Assembly (NCBI GenBank): GCA_963796275.1
Contig: CAWCKY010000002.1
Location: 512,001 to 576,000 of the forward strand
DNA from: an uncultured Acidobacteriota bacterium
GTDB lineage: Bacteria; Acidobacteriota; Blastocatellia; RBC074
Direction: 5' to 3'
Length of the DNA: 64,000 nucleotides
The notes below the pieces were generated by a model. That model saw nothing but the letters and a program-made list of their open reading frames with translations, did no database searches and had not been told where the DNA came from. Numbering within the stretch: position 1 is the first letter of the stretch; every line of letters begins with the position of its first letter. Below are positions 29,350-40,223 of this stretch, piece by piece. Position numbers and translations under genes: made by a program.

Positions 29350-31842
29350 TCACTGTCTCCCGCCGATGGGGTCGCCGGGCGGTGTCGGCAATGGAGTTGT
29401 AGCCCGTCTGACGGCGTCAGGTCGATTCAAAAATCGTTCGATTTCATCCCGCGTCGCGCTCCGATGCGCGTCGTTCGCGGCTTTGAGCGTCGCGTTCAAA
29501 CTTCGCAATGTGGCAGTCGCTTCGGCGCGGACGAGGGGTGAGGCGTTTTCATCGCCGGCCAGATCCATCAATCGCTGTGTGGTCAGGCTCTGCACGGAAT
29601 GCTGGATGGCGCGGTGGTATGAATTCTGCGACGCGGGCGCTTTCCAGGTAGCGGCGATGATCGCGTCGAGCGCCTCCTTGAAGCTGGGATAGTCGGGCTT
29701 CTGCGCGTGGAAATAGATCATCCGCGCGGCGCGGTTCGGATTTAGCAATGTGCCGAGCACCAGATCGGCGGCTATTGTCGCCGCGCCCAGCGGATCGAAC
29801 GCTGGATCGGTTCGCCGGCTGAAGTATTCCGTCGCACCGCCTTCAAATCCCGTCGCCACCGGCGGTATCAGCTCAAGGATGTGTTGCGGAATAGCCAGCT
29901 CTTCCACCCTGATAGTGTCGAGAATCGCATTTAACGCTTCACGCTGGCGATCGGGAGGAACGATCTCGCGATACCTCGCCGGACTCGGACCGTTTGCGGT
30001 CTTGATCGCATAAGTGAAGTACAGTCCGCCAACCGATTTCGCCGCAGCCAGGAGTTGATACCGGTGGTGCAGATACAACGGCAGCAGCTTCGCATCGAGG
30101 GCCGACAGCGGTTGTCCCGATGAGATGCTGTTCAAGCCGAATTTCTTCAATCCGATTCGCCGCACCTCGGTCTCGTGTCGCAGCGTCGCAATCGCGTCGG
30201 CCCCGTTGTCCCAAACGCTCGCCAGCGGATGCGCCGTCCCGACGCCTCGTCCATCGCTGTCGTCGATGAACAACATTCCCTCAGCAATTCCCTTCTGCAC
30301 GATCTTCTCAAGCTCGATCTTCTCATCAGCGCCCGGCGCAATCTCGGCGTAAGCGAACTTGACCGAGAACTTGTCGTATTCACCTATACCGGCGGCATAA
30401 GCGTTCGACAGATCGAGCTTTCCATCTTTGATCTCCACCCACGGTGCGGGATAGTCCATCACAGATGCGCGCCCGTAGCTCGAGGCGGCAAAATTATGGG
30501 AGAAGCCGAGCGTATGGCCTACTTCATGCGCCGAAAGTTGGCGGATGCGCGCCAATGCCATCGCCGCCGAATCGGTAGCGGGATCGCCCGTAGAGGCGGT
30601 TGCCAGATAGCCCATCTCCGGCGAATCACCCGCCTCGCAATAAGCACCCATCCCATCACTCTGCGCCGTAATCGGCGGAACCATTCCCGTGCCGAGCATC
30701 ACGTCCTGGCGGATGCGCAAGCTTCCGATCGAGACGTTGCCCTTGATGATTTCGCCAGTACGCGGATCCCATACTGAAGCGCCGTAAGACCAGCCCCGCG
30801 TCGAACGATGCACCCAATTGATCATGTTGTAGCGCACATCCATCGGATCAGCATCCGGCGGCAAGATTTCAACGCGAAACGCGTTCTTGAAGCCGGCCGC
30901 TTCAAACGCCTGCGCCCACCAAGACGCGCCGTCGACCAATGCGCTGCGAATCGGTTCGGGCACGCCGTTATCCACGTAATAGACAATCGGATTGACCGCC
31001 TCGCTGACCGCGGCATTCGTGTCCTTCTTCAGCAATCGGTGGCGTCTGATCCAGCGCTTTTCAATCGGTTCATTGAACGGCGACGCATAGTCGTAAAACA
31101 TCATCGGCATCGCGCTGACGCGCGGATCGTAGGCGCGCGGCCGGTAATCGCGGGCAGGCAACTCGACGAACGAATGATGCTGTCTTATCGTGACCGAGCT
31201 CGCGGTCGGCGTGACGCCGCGAAGCAATGAGCCGGGCTCATCGCCGGCGACCGTGACGATCGTTTCGACCTCCGTATTTTTCGGGAAACCTTTGGTACGG
31301 GACAGATGGAAGGCGCTGCGCGATTCATCGAAGCGGTAATTGCCCTGCCGGCTCGCGCGCAATCTTTCAACCACGCCGTGCGCGTCGCGCAGGAAAAAAG
31401 CCGTCGCATCAACCAGAACCCGGCCGGCGTCAGCCGCTTCGACCTTGAACCCCCAGATCACCGACCGCGCGAATGAATCTGCCACCGCACGCCGTTCGGC
31501 TTCGTCATTGCTCAGAGCGCGATAGCGATAATTCGGCTGTATCATCAAGACCTTCGGCCCCACGCGCTCGAAGTAGACGACATAGGTTCCGCCGAGCTGC
31601 CCGCGATCAAGCCCGATGGGATTCGAACCCACGCCCGCCGGCAGCGAGACCTGATAGAGCAGCTCGGTATTGAACCGCGCGATCTCCATCCACATCTTGC
31701 CCGCGCCAGCGTCCCAGTAGAGCGGAATGTAACCGTCGACTTTCTGTAACCCGGCGGTCTGCGCGGCGATCGTCTTTATATTTTGCGCGTAGATGGGCAT
31801 TGCGCACATCAATGCCAAGAGGGCGATGATCAAGCGTTTCAT
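29350..31842 (-). CDS. Secreted zinc-dependent metalloprotease (DUF5117/DUF4953 metzincin type)
   Basis: Signal peptide; [12 protein letters not shown] zinc motif; SVMDY Met-turn; [10 protein letters not shown]. Confidence 0.9.
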   Translation of the reverse strand: MKRLIIALLALMCAMPIYAQNIKTIAAQTAGLQKVDGYIPLYWDAGAGKMWMEIARFNTELLYQVSLPAGVGSNPIGLDRGQLGGTYVVYFERVGPKVLMIQPNYRYRALSNDEAERRAVADSFARSVIWGFKVEAADAGRVLVDATAFFLRDAHGVVERLRASRQGNYRFDESRSAFHLSRTKGFPKNTEVETIVTVAGDEPGSLLRGVTPTASSVTIRQHHSFVELPARDYRPRAYDPRVSAMPMMFYDYASPFNEPIEKRWIRRHRLLKKDTNAAVSEAVNPIVYYVDNGVPEPIRSALVDGASWWAQAFEAAGFKNAFRVEILPPDADPMDVRYNMINWVHRSTRGWSYGASVWDPRTGEIIKGNVSIGSLRIRQDVMLGTGMVPPITAQSDGMGAYCEAGDSPEMGYLATASTGDPATDSAAMALARIRQLSAHEVGHTLGFSHNFAASSYGRASVMDYPAPWVEIKDGKLDLSNAYAAGIGEYDKFSVKFAYAEIAPGADEKIELEKIVQKGIAEGMLFIDDSDGRGVGTAHPLASVWDNGADAIATLRHETEVRRIGLKKFGLNSISSGQPLSALDAKLLPLYLHHRYQLLAAAKSVGGLYFTYAIKTANGPSPARYREIVPPDRQREALNAILDTIRVEELAIPQHILELIPPVATGFEGGATEYFSRRTDPAFDPLGAATIAADLVLGTLLNPNRAARMIYFHAQKPDYPSFKEALDAIIAATWKAPASQNSYHRAIQHSVQSLTTQRLMDLAGDENASPLVRAEATATLRSLNATLKAANDAHRSATRDEIERFLNRPDAVRRATTPLPTPPGDPIGGRQ

Positions 31843-31973
31843 TGTTCTCCTCTGTCTTTAAAAAAGGTAACGAACGAATCGATGGTGGGTTGTAGTCCGA
31901 GTTGCGGCGGCGCTCTGACGGCGCCATGAACTATCACAGATGAAAGCCGTCCTGTATCGGACAGCTATTCGGT

Positions 31974-32001
31974 TTATCAATTATCAATTATCAATTATCA
32001 A
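31974..32001. repeat. Heptamer array (TTATCAA) x4, the reverse complement of TTGATAA
   Basis: Four perfect units directly downstream of the SDR stop on the minus strand. Confidence 0.9.
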
Positions 32002-32007
32002 TTACAT

Positions 32008-32799
32008 CTACATCGTCCCACGGATCAGCCCGCCGTCGACCTGCAGGGAAACGCCCGAGATATAACTGGCGCGTTCCGAAGACAGGAAGGCTACGACTTC
32101 ACCGATCTCTCTCGGCTCTCCCAGCCTGCGCAGAGGTATCTCGGCAGCGGCCTGAGCGAAATACTGATCCTGCGTGATTCCCCGTTCTTTGATGCGCACC
32201 TCGGCGATCGCATATTGTCGATCCGTGAGGATGTGACCGGTAAGAATAGCGTTGACCGTGATGTTGTCCGGTCCCAATTGATTGGCCATCGTTTTGGTCA
32301 AACCCGACAAACCCGCTCGCAGTGTGCTTGAGATCGTGAGCTCATCTACCGGTTGCTTGGCAACCAGTGACGTCAAGTGGATGATCCTTCCCCAGCGGCG
32401 CGACTGCATACCAGGTATGACCAGGCGCGAGAGCCTGACGACATTCATCAAGGTAGACTCGACGCCAGCCTGCCATTGATCATCGGTCAATTCTTGAAAA
32501 CGTTTAACTGGCGGGCCACCTGTATTGGTGACAAGAATATCGACCTGACCGAAACGCTGGACGGTCTGTTGATACCACTTTTCGAGGTCTGCGGTGGAAG
32601 CGACATCGGCGACGACAACCATAGTATCTTGTGGGGCATGCGCGGCTACCTCGGATCGCGCTATCTCCAGGGTTTCTGCGCTGCGCGAGCAGATGGAGAT
32701 GCGGCAGCCTTCTTTTGCCAGGGCAACCGCACAGGCCTTCCCGAGCCCTTTGCTCGCGGCTGCTATCATTGCGACACGATTATTCAATTCAAGGTTCAT
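32008..32799 (-). CDS. SDR family oxidoreductase
   Basis: [18 protein letters not shown]...RAGL, NITVNAI, IPLRRLG, VDGG; start taken at MNLEL. Confidence 0.9.
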   Translation of the reverse strand: MNLELNNRVAMIAAASKGLGKACAVALAKEGCRISICSRSAETLEIARSEVAAHAPQDTMVVVADVASTADLEKWYQQTVQRFGQVDILVTNTGGPPVKRFQELTDDQWQAGVESTLMNVVRLSRLVIPGMQSRRWGRIIHLTSLVAKQPVDELTISSTLRAGLSGLTKTMANQLGPDNITVNAILTGHILTDRQYAIAEVRIKERGITQDQYFAQAAAEIPLRRLGEPREIGEVVAFLSSERASYISGVSLQVDGGLIRGTM

Positions 32800-33118
32800 A
32801 GCCGGCAGCTTGCTATAAAAGAAATCCGTCGTCAACCTGAATTAGGGTGTTATTTATACATTGACGCCGTCAACCTAACATCATTTCTCAGTAACTTTAT
32901 ATAAAGAAATAGCGTACTTGATTTCGGCATCCGAACACTTGTAAGGGGTTCGACTGAATCACTAGATTTGATTAAAAACCGATATAACAACGTAATCTAA
33001 ATGTCGCGGTGCGACACCTTGAAACAACGATATCTTTCAATTTTCAGTCGAAGGCGTCAATAATCTGCTGAAACCTGACTACTGGAAACTGAAAAGTATC
33101 TCTGAGGAATTGTTCATT

Positions 33119-33721
33119 ATGAATATAAGACAGACATATGTCGCTTTGCGTTATCTTGCAGGCTCACTTGCGGTCAGTCTGGCACTCGCCCTCGTTTGTT
33201 TCGCCCAGCAGGCTTCCGGTGGCCAGAAACCGGAGCAGCCACTGAAGGAATATCCGAAGAGCCGGATAGATTCCCTTGTGCGTGAGTGGACGCGCGCCCG
33301 TGACTACACAAAAGAGTATCTCGACGCCATGCCCGATGACGGCATCAACTTCAAACCGACTGCCGAAATCCGCAGTTTCGCCGAGCAGATGCTGCATCTC
33401 TCCAATGCGAATTACAATTTCGCCGCACGAGCTTTCGGCGTGGATAATCCCATGCAGGGGAAAAGATTAGAGCAGTTGGATGAGCTGAAGACCAAATCCG
33501 CTCTCACGAAGACGGTAATTGATAGTTACGATTTTATGATCAATACGATCAAAGCTCAGACCGATGCAAAGCTCGATGAACAGATTGCCTTCGCTGGGAT
33601 GAATCGCCCGAAATCGGCGGTGCTGGCTGCTTCATTTGAGCATCAGACTCATCATCGCGGTCAAACGACTATCTATCTCCGGATGAAGGGCGTAAAACCG
33701 CCAAATGAAAAACTTTTTTAA
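33119..33721 (+). CDS. Exported DinB/YfiT family protein
   Basis: Signal peptide; RSFAEQMLH, EHQTHHRGQ...YLRMKG.KPP. Confidence 0.85.
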   Translation: MNIRQTYVALRYLAGSLAVSLALALVCFAQQASGGQKPEQPLKEYPKSRIDSLVREWTRARDYTKEYLDAMPDDGINFKPTAEIRSFAEQMLHLSNANYNFAARAFGVDNPMQGKRLEQLDELKTKSALTKTVIDSYDFMINTIKAQTDAKLDEQIAFAGMNRPKSAVLAASFEHQTHHRGQTTIYLRMKGVKPPNEKLF

Positions 33722-33859
33722 GACATGGTTGGGTGAAGCGGTGCAGTACCGGTAGATTTAGCTCTGCTCGGCAATCGCCTTATTGAAAGGTCGGTAGCGA
33801 TCCCCCTGCTGCATCGCTTGCATGTTCAGGCTGCGTCTTTCAAGATTGCACCTGGAAAA

Positions 33860-34501
33860 ATGCGAATTACCGAGATTTTCTATTCAATTCAGGGTGAGTC
33901 GTCGTTCGCCGGGATGCCATGTTCCTTCGTTCGGCTGACATGGTGCAATTTGCGCTGCACCTGGTGTGATAGCGAATATACTTTCGTAGGCGGGCTCGAG
34001 ATGACCGTCGATGAAGTTATCGAGAAAGTACGCAGCTACGGTTGTAGCCTGGTCGAGATCACCGGAGGCGAGCCGCTGGTACAGAAACGCGAATGTTGTG
34101 AGCTGGTAAAAAGGCTCTGCGAAGAAGGCTATACCGTGCTCATCGAAACCGGGGGGAGTCTAGCTACCAACGATCTCGATCCGCGAGCGATCAAGATACT
34201 CGATGTAAAATGCCCCGGTAGCGGTGAGGCCGAGCGCAACCACTGGGCCAACCTGGAAAACCTCAACCCCCGGGATGAGATCAAATTCGTCATCAAGGAC
34301 CGCACCGATTTCGAATTCGCAATCGATGTCATCAGGAAGTTCAGGCTCGATGCTCGCGAGCCATCAATTCTCTTCTCCCCCGTATGGCAAGAGGTCGAAC
34401 TGACAGATCTCGCTGCCTGGGTTCTCCAATCCGGCGTGCGCAGTCGTATGCAATTACAGATGCATAAATACATCTGGGGCGCAGATGCCAGAGGAGTATA
34501 A
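33860..34501 (+). CDS. queE: 7-carboxy-7-deazaguanine synthase (radical SAM)
   Basis: EIFYSIQGE, CNLRCTWCD, TGGEP, IETGG, QLQMHKYIW; adjacent to queC. Confidence 0.93.
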   Translation: MRITEIFYSIQGESSFAGMPCSFVRLTWCNLRCTWCDSEYTFVGGLEMTVDEVIEKVRSYGCSLVEITGGEPLVQKRECCELVKRLCEEGYTVLIETGGSLATNDLDPRAIKILDVKCPGSGEAERNHWANLENLNPRDEIKFVIKDRTDFEFAIDVIRKFRLDAREPSILFSPVWQEVELTDLAAWVLQSGVRSRMQLQMHKYIWGADARGV

Positions 34502-34506
34502 AAGAG

Positions 34507-34590
34507 TTGATAGTTGATAATTGATAGTTGATAGTTAAAAGAGTTATTTCAACTATCAACTATTAACTATCAACTATTAACTATTAACTG
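34507..34590. repeat. Inverted pair of heptamer arrays (TTGATAG)n...(AACTATC/T)n filling the queE-queC spacer
   Basis: About 5 forward units at 34507-34541 and about 6 reverse units at 34551-34590, able to form a long hairpin. Confidence 0.9.
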
Positions 34591-34591
34591 T

Positions 34592-35272
34592 ATGTTAGCA
34601 GTGGTTTTAGCGAGTGGCGGGATGGACAGTTGCGTGACGACAGCCATTGCCGCAAAGCATTGCGAATTGGCGATGCTGCACATAAGCTATGGTCAGCGCA
34701 CGGCAAACCGCGAGTTGAAAGCCTTCAACGACATCGCTGATTTCTATCACGCTGAAGACAGGATGGCCGCGAGTATTGCGCACCTGGCGCGGATTGGGGG
34801 ATCATCTCTCACTGATATCAGAATCGACGTCAGTCCGGCGAACCTGGAATCGAAAGAGATACCCACATCTTATGTCCCATTCCGTAATGCGCATCTGCTA
34901 TCGATTGCGACCAGCTGGGCTGAGGTCATCGGCGCGCGTAGGATATATATCGGCGCGGTCTCGGAAGACAGCTCGGGTTATCCCGACTGCCGTCCCGAGT
35001 ATTTTGAAGCATTCAACCGGGTTATCGATATCGGCACAAAACCGGAAACGAAGATAGAGATCGTCACGCCCGTGATTGCGTTACGCAAGCGCGAGATAGT
35101 AAAACTTGGTATCGCTCTCGAGGCGCCCCTGCATCTTAGCTGGTCCTGTTACCAGAGCGAGGGCCTGGCTTGTGGAGCTTGCGACAGTTGCGCTCTGCGC
35201 CTGCGCGGTTTTCGCGAAGCCGGGATCATAGACCCGATCCCGTATACGATTTCCGACTCACACAGCAATTGA
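34592..35272 (+). CDS. queC: 7-cyano-7-deazaguanine synthase
   Basis: SGGMDS, YGQR, YVPFRN, GYPDCR, WSCY, CGACDSC. Confidence 0.96.
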   Translation: MLAVVLASGGMDSCVTTAIAAKHCELAMLHISYGQRTANRELKAFNDIADFYHAEDRMAASIAHLARIGGSSLTDIRIDVSPANLESKEIPTSYVPFRNAHLLSIATSWAEVIGARRIYIGAVSEDSSGYPDCRPEYFEAFNRVIDIGTKPETKIEIVTPVIALRKREIVKLGIALEAPLHLSWSCYQSEGLACGACDSCALRLRGFREAGIIDPIPYTISDSHSN

Positions 35273-35345
35273 AATCTGATTGGGCGGTAGTTAGAATTGT
35301 CATTCTTCAAAGAGGTATACCTAGCATCACACGGAGGACAAACAG

Positions 35346-36602
35346 ATGAAGATCAGGCATATATTTACGGCCGTTGCGGGCTGCGCATTGATCGCGCTGG
35401 CATCGGTGAGCGCATTCGCGCAGGTGGCCCGCATTGAAGGAACCGTCGTTAAAGCCAACACTACGGAGCCGATTGTCGGCGCCGAAGTGCAGATAGTGCG
35501 GACGGACATCAAAGGTAATTACAACGTTAAATCCGACAAGAAAGGCGGCTTCTTGCACGCGGGCATCCCGTTGACCGGTACCTACACGATCATCGTTTCG
35601 GCGCCCGGATTTCAGCCTTCATTCTTCTCCAGCGTCAGACCAGGCGGCGAGCCAATAAAGTTCGACCTCAATCCGGGCGATGGGAGCAAATTGACCATCG
35701 ACGACATCAAGAGAGTGCAAACCAGTGCGCCGACGGCCGGGGCCGGCGGGAGTGGGGCCAGCGGGGGCAATCAGAAACAGCCCAGCGCCGCTGAAATAAA
35801 GAAAGCCCAGGAGGAGTATGAGAAGAAGAGGGCTGAGAACGAAAAGCTAAAGTCTGACCACGAAGGTATGAAGAAGCTTTTCGATCAGGGCCGCCAATTG
35901 GCGCAGAACAAAGATTATACGGGGGCGGTCACCGCATTCAACGAGGCGGCCAAGCTTGATGCCGATCAGCAGGCTGTCTGGGCCAACCTCTCGCTCGCGT
36001 TTTTCAACCGCGGCGCAACGCAACTGAATGCCGGTCAGCGCGACCCGGCGAAACAGGATTTTGCCGATTCGGTCAATGCGGCATCTAAGGCCATCTCACT
36101 GCTCGACGCACAGACTACCGATCCCGCTAAGGCAAATGATCCGAATCTCAAGAAGAACAAGATCGATTATATTAACCTCAGGATCAAACCGGCGACCGTC
36201 CTCGCCGAGCGATTCGGTGACGCGGCGCAGTCCGAAACAATGGTCAAAGACTACCAGACGATCATCGATCTGAGCGACGATCCCGAGACCAAGAAAACTA
36301 CCAAAGCGAAGATCGCTCAAGTTTACTTTCAGCTGGGCAAACTTCCTGAATCGACCGCAATTTACGAGGAGATACTGAAGGCCGATCCGAACAACCTCGA
36401 TTCGCTTTACGGACTCGGCCTCAGCTATTCACTGGATCCGAGTAAGTCAAAGGATGCCGCGGCCTTATGGCAAAAATTCCTTGAAAAAGCGCCGGCCGAT
36501 GATAGCCGTGTGGCGATGGTAAAAGAAGGTATACAGACTTTGGGCGTACCTCAAATGCCGACACCCAAGGCGGATGAAAAGGGCAGGAGAAGAAAACCCT
36601 AG
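35346..36602 (+). CDS. Exported carboxypeptidase-regulatory-like domain plus TPR protein
   Basis: Signal peptide, IEGTV...PIVGAEV...GTYTIIVSAPGF beta domain, multiple TPRs. Confidence 0.8.
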   Translation: MKIRHIFTAVAGCALIALASVSAFAQVARIEGTVVKANTTEPIVGAEVQIVRTDIKGNYNVKSDKKGGFLHAGIPLTGTYTIIVSAPGFQPSFFSSVRPGGEPIKFDLNPGDGSKLTIDDIKRVQTSAPTAGAGGSGASGGNQKQPSAAEIKKAQEEYEKKRAENEKLKSDHEGMKKLFDQGRQLAQNKDYTGAVTAFNEAAKLDADQQAVWANLSLAFFNRGATQLNAGQRDPAKQDFADSVNAASKAISLLDAQTTDPAKANDPNLKKNKIDYINLRIKPATVLAERFGDAAQSETMVKDYQTIIDLSDDPETKKTTKAKIAQVYFQLGKLPESTAIYEEILKADPNNLDSLYGLGLSYSLDPSKSKDAAALWQKFLEKAPADDSRVAMVKEGIQTLGVPQMPTPKADEKGRRRKP

Positions 36603-36805
36603 ACAGACGGTTTAAACCGCAAAAATCGAGGGCAATACAGCCGGCATCATTTGGAATATCGCCGAATAGGTGGCGGTGTCATGGGGGGGTCAGTGGAGGT
36701 CTATTTGCGGGGGCGCTCCGATTTATAATCGTCTATTATCTATTATCAGACATTATAAATCGCGAATAGGTTCCTCCAATAGCCCTCTAGTCTGAGTATC
36801 GATTT

Positions 36806-36814
36806 TGCTATAAT
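36806..36814 (+). promoter_or_regulatory. Extended -10 element upstream of the HtrA gene
   Basis: TGCTATAAT about 50 bp upstream of the ATG. Confidence 0.45.
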
Positions 36815-36865
36815 ATACGTGTACGATTTGGCACCTAGAATTGCCCCCAGGCTTTCTAAAACGAT

Positions 36866-38431
36866 ATGGGTCAAGATAATCTGTCAGCAGATCAATTACT
36901 TGAAAGATATCGTCGTTCGCGACAGCGAGCGGTGTTGATTGCGGTGGCTGCTTGCTTCCTCGCTATCGGGGTTATCCTTGGAGCCATACTCACGCGACCA
37001 ACCGATCCGGTCAAGGCCGGGGATGTGGAAGTGACATCCGAATTGTCATCGGCATTCGTCGAAATTGCCAGGCGAGTCGAGCCGACGGTCGTGAATGTCA
37101 CAACCGTAACGCAACCGGCAAAGCGCTCGCCCAACGAATTTCCGACGCAACGCCCATCGATTGAAGGGTTGCCTGGAGGGAACTCTGATCAGGCGCGACG
37201 CGGAAATGGATCGGGAGTAATAGTCGATCCGCAGGGCTACATTCTCACCAACCATCACGTCGTACAAGGCGCGGACCGAATCAAGGTCAGACTATTCGAC
37301 GGAAATGAATTCCCCGGCAGAGTTGTCGGCAGCGACCAGGAGACCGACCTGGCCGTGGTAAAAATCGATCCGTCTATCCCATTGAGTGCAGCCCGAATCG
37401 GTAATTCTGAGAAGATGAGCGTGGGCGACTGGGTGCTCGCTATCGGTTCCCCATTCGGACTCGATCAAACCGTCACGGCCGGGATAATCAGCGCCAAGGA
37501 ACGCAAATCATCGGACCTTTACCAGAAAGTAGGATTCCAGTATTTCCTGCAGACGGATGCCGCGATCAATAGTGGAAATTCCGGCGGGCCACTGATCAAT
37601 CTCTCGGGCGAAGTTATCGGAATCAACACAGCCATCATAACAAGCACCGGGAATTATAACGGCATCTGCTTCGCGCTCGGCTCTTCCGAGGCGATATTGA
37701 TTTACAAGCAACTAGTCAAAGATGGCCGCGTGGTGCGGGGATTTCTTGGCGCAATGACCGAGCCGGTCACCCCACAAATCGCCAAGATATATGGGCTGCC
37801 TATGTCCCGCGGCGCTATCATCAGCAACGTCAACGAGACGATGAATGTGGATGGCAGGGTGGTCGACAGCCCGGCGGCCAAGGCGGGTTTAAAACCGAGC
37901 GATGTCATCATCGAATTCGGCGGAGATCGAATCAAGGACGACTCAGAGCTGGTTCGGCGCGTCGCCTCTACCCCGGTGGGCACCAACGCACCACTCAAAA
38001 TTTACCGTGACGGCAATGAGATGAATTTCTCCGTGACTATCGGTCGCCGTCCGGGCAGCGAGATTCCGATTCGTTCGGCCGCGGTATTGAACAACGCTGG
38101 CGAGCCGCTGAGAAGCCAGAATATTGGCATCGGAATCCAGGGACTCGCGCCGAGCAGGTCCCAACGCAAAGAGATCGACAGTATACTCAAGACTCCCTCC
38201 AGTTCGCGCGGCGTGCTGGTCGTAACTGTCGAGCCGGGCAGTATCGCTGACGACGCTGAGATAAGAATCAATGACATCATCGAGATGATCAATCGCGAAC
38301 CGATCAAAGACAACCAGGACTTCAGGAGAGTGCTGAATCAACTCAAACCAGGCGATCCCATCGTTCTCCAGGTTTATCGTGAAAGTCTTTCTCCCAATTC
38401 ACGAATTTTCCGATCGTTCAATAAACCATAA
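36866..38431 (+). CDS. HtrA/DegP-family serine protease with two PDZ domains
   Basis: GSGVIV, TNHHVV, DLAVVK, QTDAAINSGNSGGPL triad; N-terminal TM; two PDZ domains. Confidence 0.93.
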   Translation: MGQDNLSADQLLERYRRSRQRAVLIAVAACFLAIGVILGAILTRPTDPVKAGDVEVTSELSSAFVEIARRVEPTVVNVTTVTQPAKRSPNEFPTQRPSIEGLPGGNSDQARRGNGSGVIVDPQGYILTNHHVVQGADRIKVRLFDGNEFPGRVVGSDQETDLAVVKIDPSIPLSAARIGNSEKMSVGDWVLAIGSPFGLDQTVTAGIISAKERKSSDLYQKVGFQYFLQTDAAINSGNSGGPLINLSGEVIGINTAIITSTGNYNGICFALGSSEAILIYKQLVKDGRVVRGFLGAMTEPVTPQIAKIYGLPMSRGAIISNVNETMNVDGRVVDSPAAKAGLKPSDVIIEFGGDRIKDDSELVRRVASTPVGTNAPLKIYRDGNEMNFSVTIGRRPGSEIPIRSAAVLNNAGEPLRSQNIGIGIQGLAPSRSQRKEIDSILKTPSSSRGVLVVTVEPGSIADDAEIRINDIIEMINREPIKDNQDFRRVLNQLKPGDPIVLQVYRESLSPNSRIFRSFNKP

Positions 38432-38568
38432 ATTACGTCGTCTCCCCCGTACAAGAGATGACATTCTGAACCGATGAAAAAGTAGACAGGAATTACAGGG
38501 TATTTCAAGATTCATTCCGATTCAAATATTCTGATAAATCCATCCTATCTATTTATCGAGGAGGTTAT

Positions 38569-39168
38569 ATGCATTTCCCCCCGCGCAGGGGTACTATGCT
38601 GCCCGCACTCATCACAATTACATTATTCATCACGGGCTTCCTACTGAGCGTCAGCATAACGGTTGAGGGTAATGGCAAGAAGTCGCGGCGAGCTACGGCC
38701 AAATCTGGAAAAAAGAGCGGTAAATCGACAAGCTCGCGCAGCAAGACGGCTCGACGGGGGATAAGTTCGAGAACTACTAAATCCGAGCCACCGCCGATCG
38801 CGTCATATCAAGCGGCTCCAACACTTCCCGACAGAGTAGAGGTAATCGAATATGGTTCATCGGAGTCTGCCGATCTCAAAAAACTTTTGAATATGCCCAA
38901 CTCGAGCGTTACTGCCACCAGCAGCGGATTGGACTCTGGCGATCTCGCCACGCCGACCAGACGCGTCAGCGTCAAGATGGATTCGTCGCGGGTGTTCGAG
39001 ATTCAACAGGCGCTAGCCGGGAAGGGATTTTATCAGGGCGATACAACCGGCATCTACGACGAGTCTACAGTTGATGCAATGCGGCGATTTCAACTTAAAG
39101 AGAAGATTACGGTCACCGGGTATCCGACCGCTCATGCCCTGAGAAGGCTTGGGTTGGCGAGGTGGTGA
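38569..39168 (+). CDS. Peptidoglycan-binding domain (PG_binding_1) protein
   Basis: Basic Ser/Lys-rich linker; EIQQALAGKGFY.G..TGIYD..T.DAMRRFQ...VTG. Confidence 0.85.
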   Translation: MHFPPRRGTMLPALITITLFITGFLLSVSITVEGNGKKSRRATAKSGKKSGKSTSSRSKTARRGISSRTTKSEPPPIASYQAAPTLPDRVEVIEYGSSESADLKKLLNMPNSSVTATSSGLDSGDLATPTRRVSVKMDSSRVFEIQQALAGKGFYQGDTTGIYDESTVDAMRRFQLKEKITVTGYPTAHALRRLGLARW

Positions 39169-39529
39169 GATCGACGCCTGCGACATACAATATCTGAATA
39201 TTTATGAACCTTCGGTCAGCAATCTTGACGCTAAACCGGATGTCAAACAAATCCGCTGAAGGCTTATGTCAAATACAAGTACGGCGCTGAACGATGTGGG
39301 TGGGTAAGCGTACGACTTTCAAATATTTGAATCTGGAACGCGATCCTAAAGTTGCATAGAGTGATCGATCCTAGCCTGACCCTTTCATGCCCGGAAGACC
39401 TTTGGGTACATCAATCCCCAGCCGATGCTAAAATAAAATTCGCAAGCTCAATGGCGTATAAATTACCGGGAGGTTTGTCTGCGCACCCAAAGATCGGCCG
39501 CCGCCACGATACCTGGCTCGGTGTAACTC

Positions 39530-40219
39530 TTATTTCCCTTTTTTGATCATCAGCAATAACCGTTCCGCGTGATTGCGTGCGATAAGCGGGACGCTTTCGT
39601 CCGTCTTGATCTCTCGTAGAATCGGGACGATGCGTTGCGGGTCGGCGATGTGGTTTGACTTCAATTCATTTTCCAGAAGCCGCATCTGTGCGGGTGTGGA
39701 GATCGGGTCGGTCGAGCGCACTGTTTCTATTTCAAATACTCTGGTCTCCTGTATAGCGATGTTGCGAAAAACTTCTACCAGCCGACTCATGGTTTGATTG
39801 TCGGTATAGTTGAAGCTGGTCGAACGCTCTCTCCCGCTGCGCGCCATCGTGATAGTCATCTTGCCGAGGTGTGAGAAATCTTTCTTATGCTGGTATCCCT
39901 CATTGCCGTCGATGAAATTCAAAGAATCAAACAACGACTGTATCTGCGCTAGAAGTGTGGTAGAAAGCTCTAGCTTATTGACTATTTCATCCCCGCCTTT
40001 GCGGATAAACCGAAATTTGCCGCGCCCTTTTCCATCGAATACCACCTCCTGCAGAGGCGTAGTGAATCGTTCGTTCTCGAAGAGATATTGATAACGAACT
40101 GTAGAAGACTCACCATCGCCATCTGCCTGAGTGACTTCAATTCGCGTCTGTGCCTGGGACGAAGAATAAAGCGTAGAGAGCAACAAAAGCGTGAGGATCG
40201 GTAATATGAATTTCCGCAT
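39530..40219 (-). CDS. Exported hypothetical protein
   Basis: [14 protein letters not shown] signal peptide; starts 4 bp after the M1-TPR gene stop. Confidence 0.7.
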   Translation of the reverse strand: MRKFILPILTLLLLSTLYSSSQAQTRIEVTQADGDGESSTVRYQYLFENERFTTPLQEVVFDGKGRGKFRFIRKGGDEIVNKLELSTTLLAQIQSLFDSLNFIDGNEGYQHKKDFSHLGKMTITMARSGRERSTSFNYTDNQTMSRLVEVFRNIAIQETRVFEIETVRSTDPISTPAQMRLLENELKSNHIADPQRIVPILREIKTDESVPLIARNHAERLLLMIKKGK

Positions 40220-40223
40220 ATTA

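Noticed and set aside
31862-31973. Possible tRNA or small RNA between the metalloprotease and SDR genes
   Set aside because: No cloverleaf, T-loop GTTC consensus or CCA end; only short hairpins
34507-34590. Possible CRISPR array or preQ1 riboswitch near queE/queC
   Set aside because: Units are 7 bp with no unique spacers and no cas genes; I could not see a preQ1 aptamer pattern here or upstream of queE
33860-35272. queE-queC as part of a 7-deazaguanine DNA-modification (dpd) defence island
   Set aside because: No dpdA/tgt paralogue, helicase or nuclease nearby; context is housekeeping queuosine synthesis
36690-36786. Long imperfect hairpin upstream of the HtrA gene as a riboswitch or ncRNA
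   Set aside because: It lies upstream of the putative -10 element and matches no aptamer I recognise; more likely a degenerate REP-like palindrome or terminator
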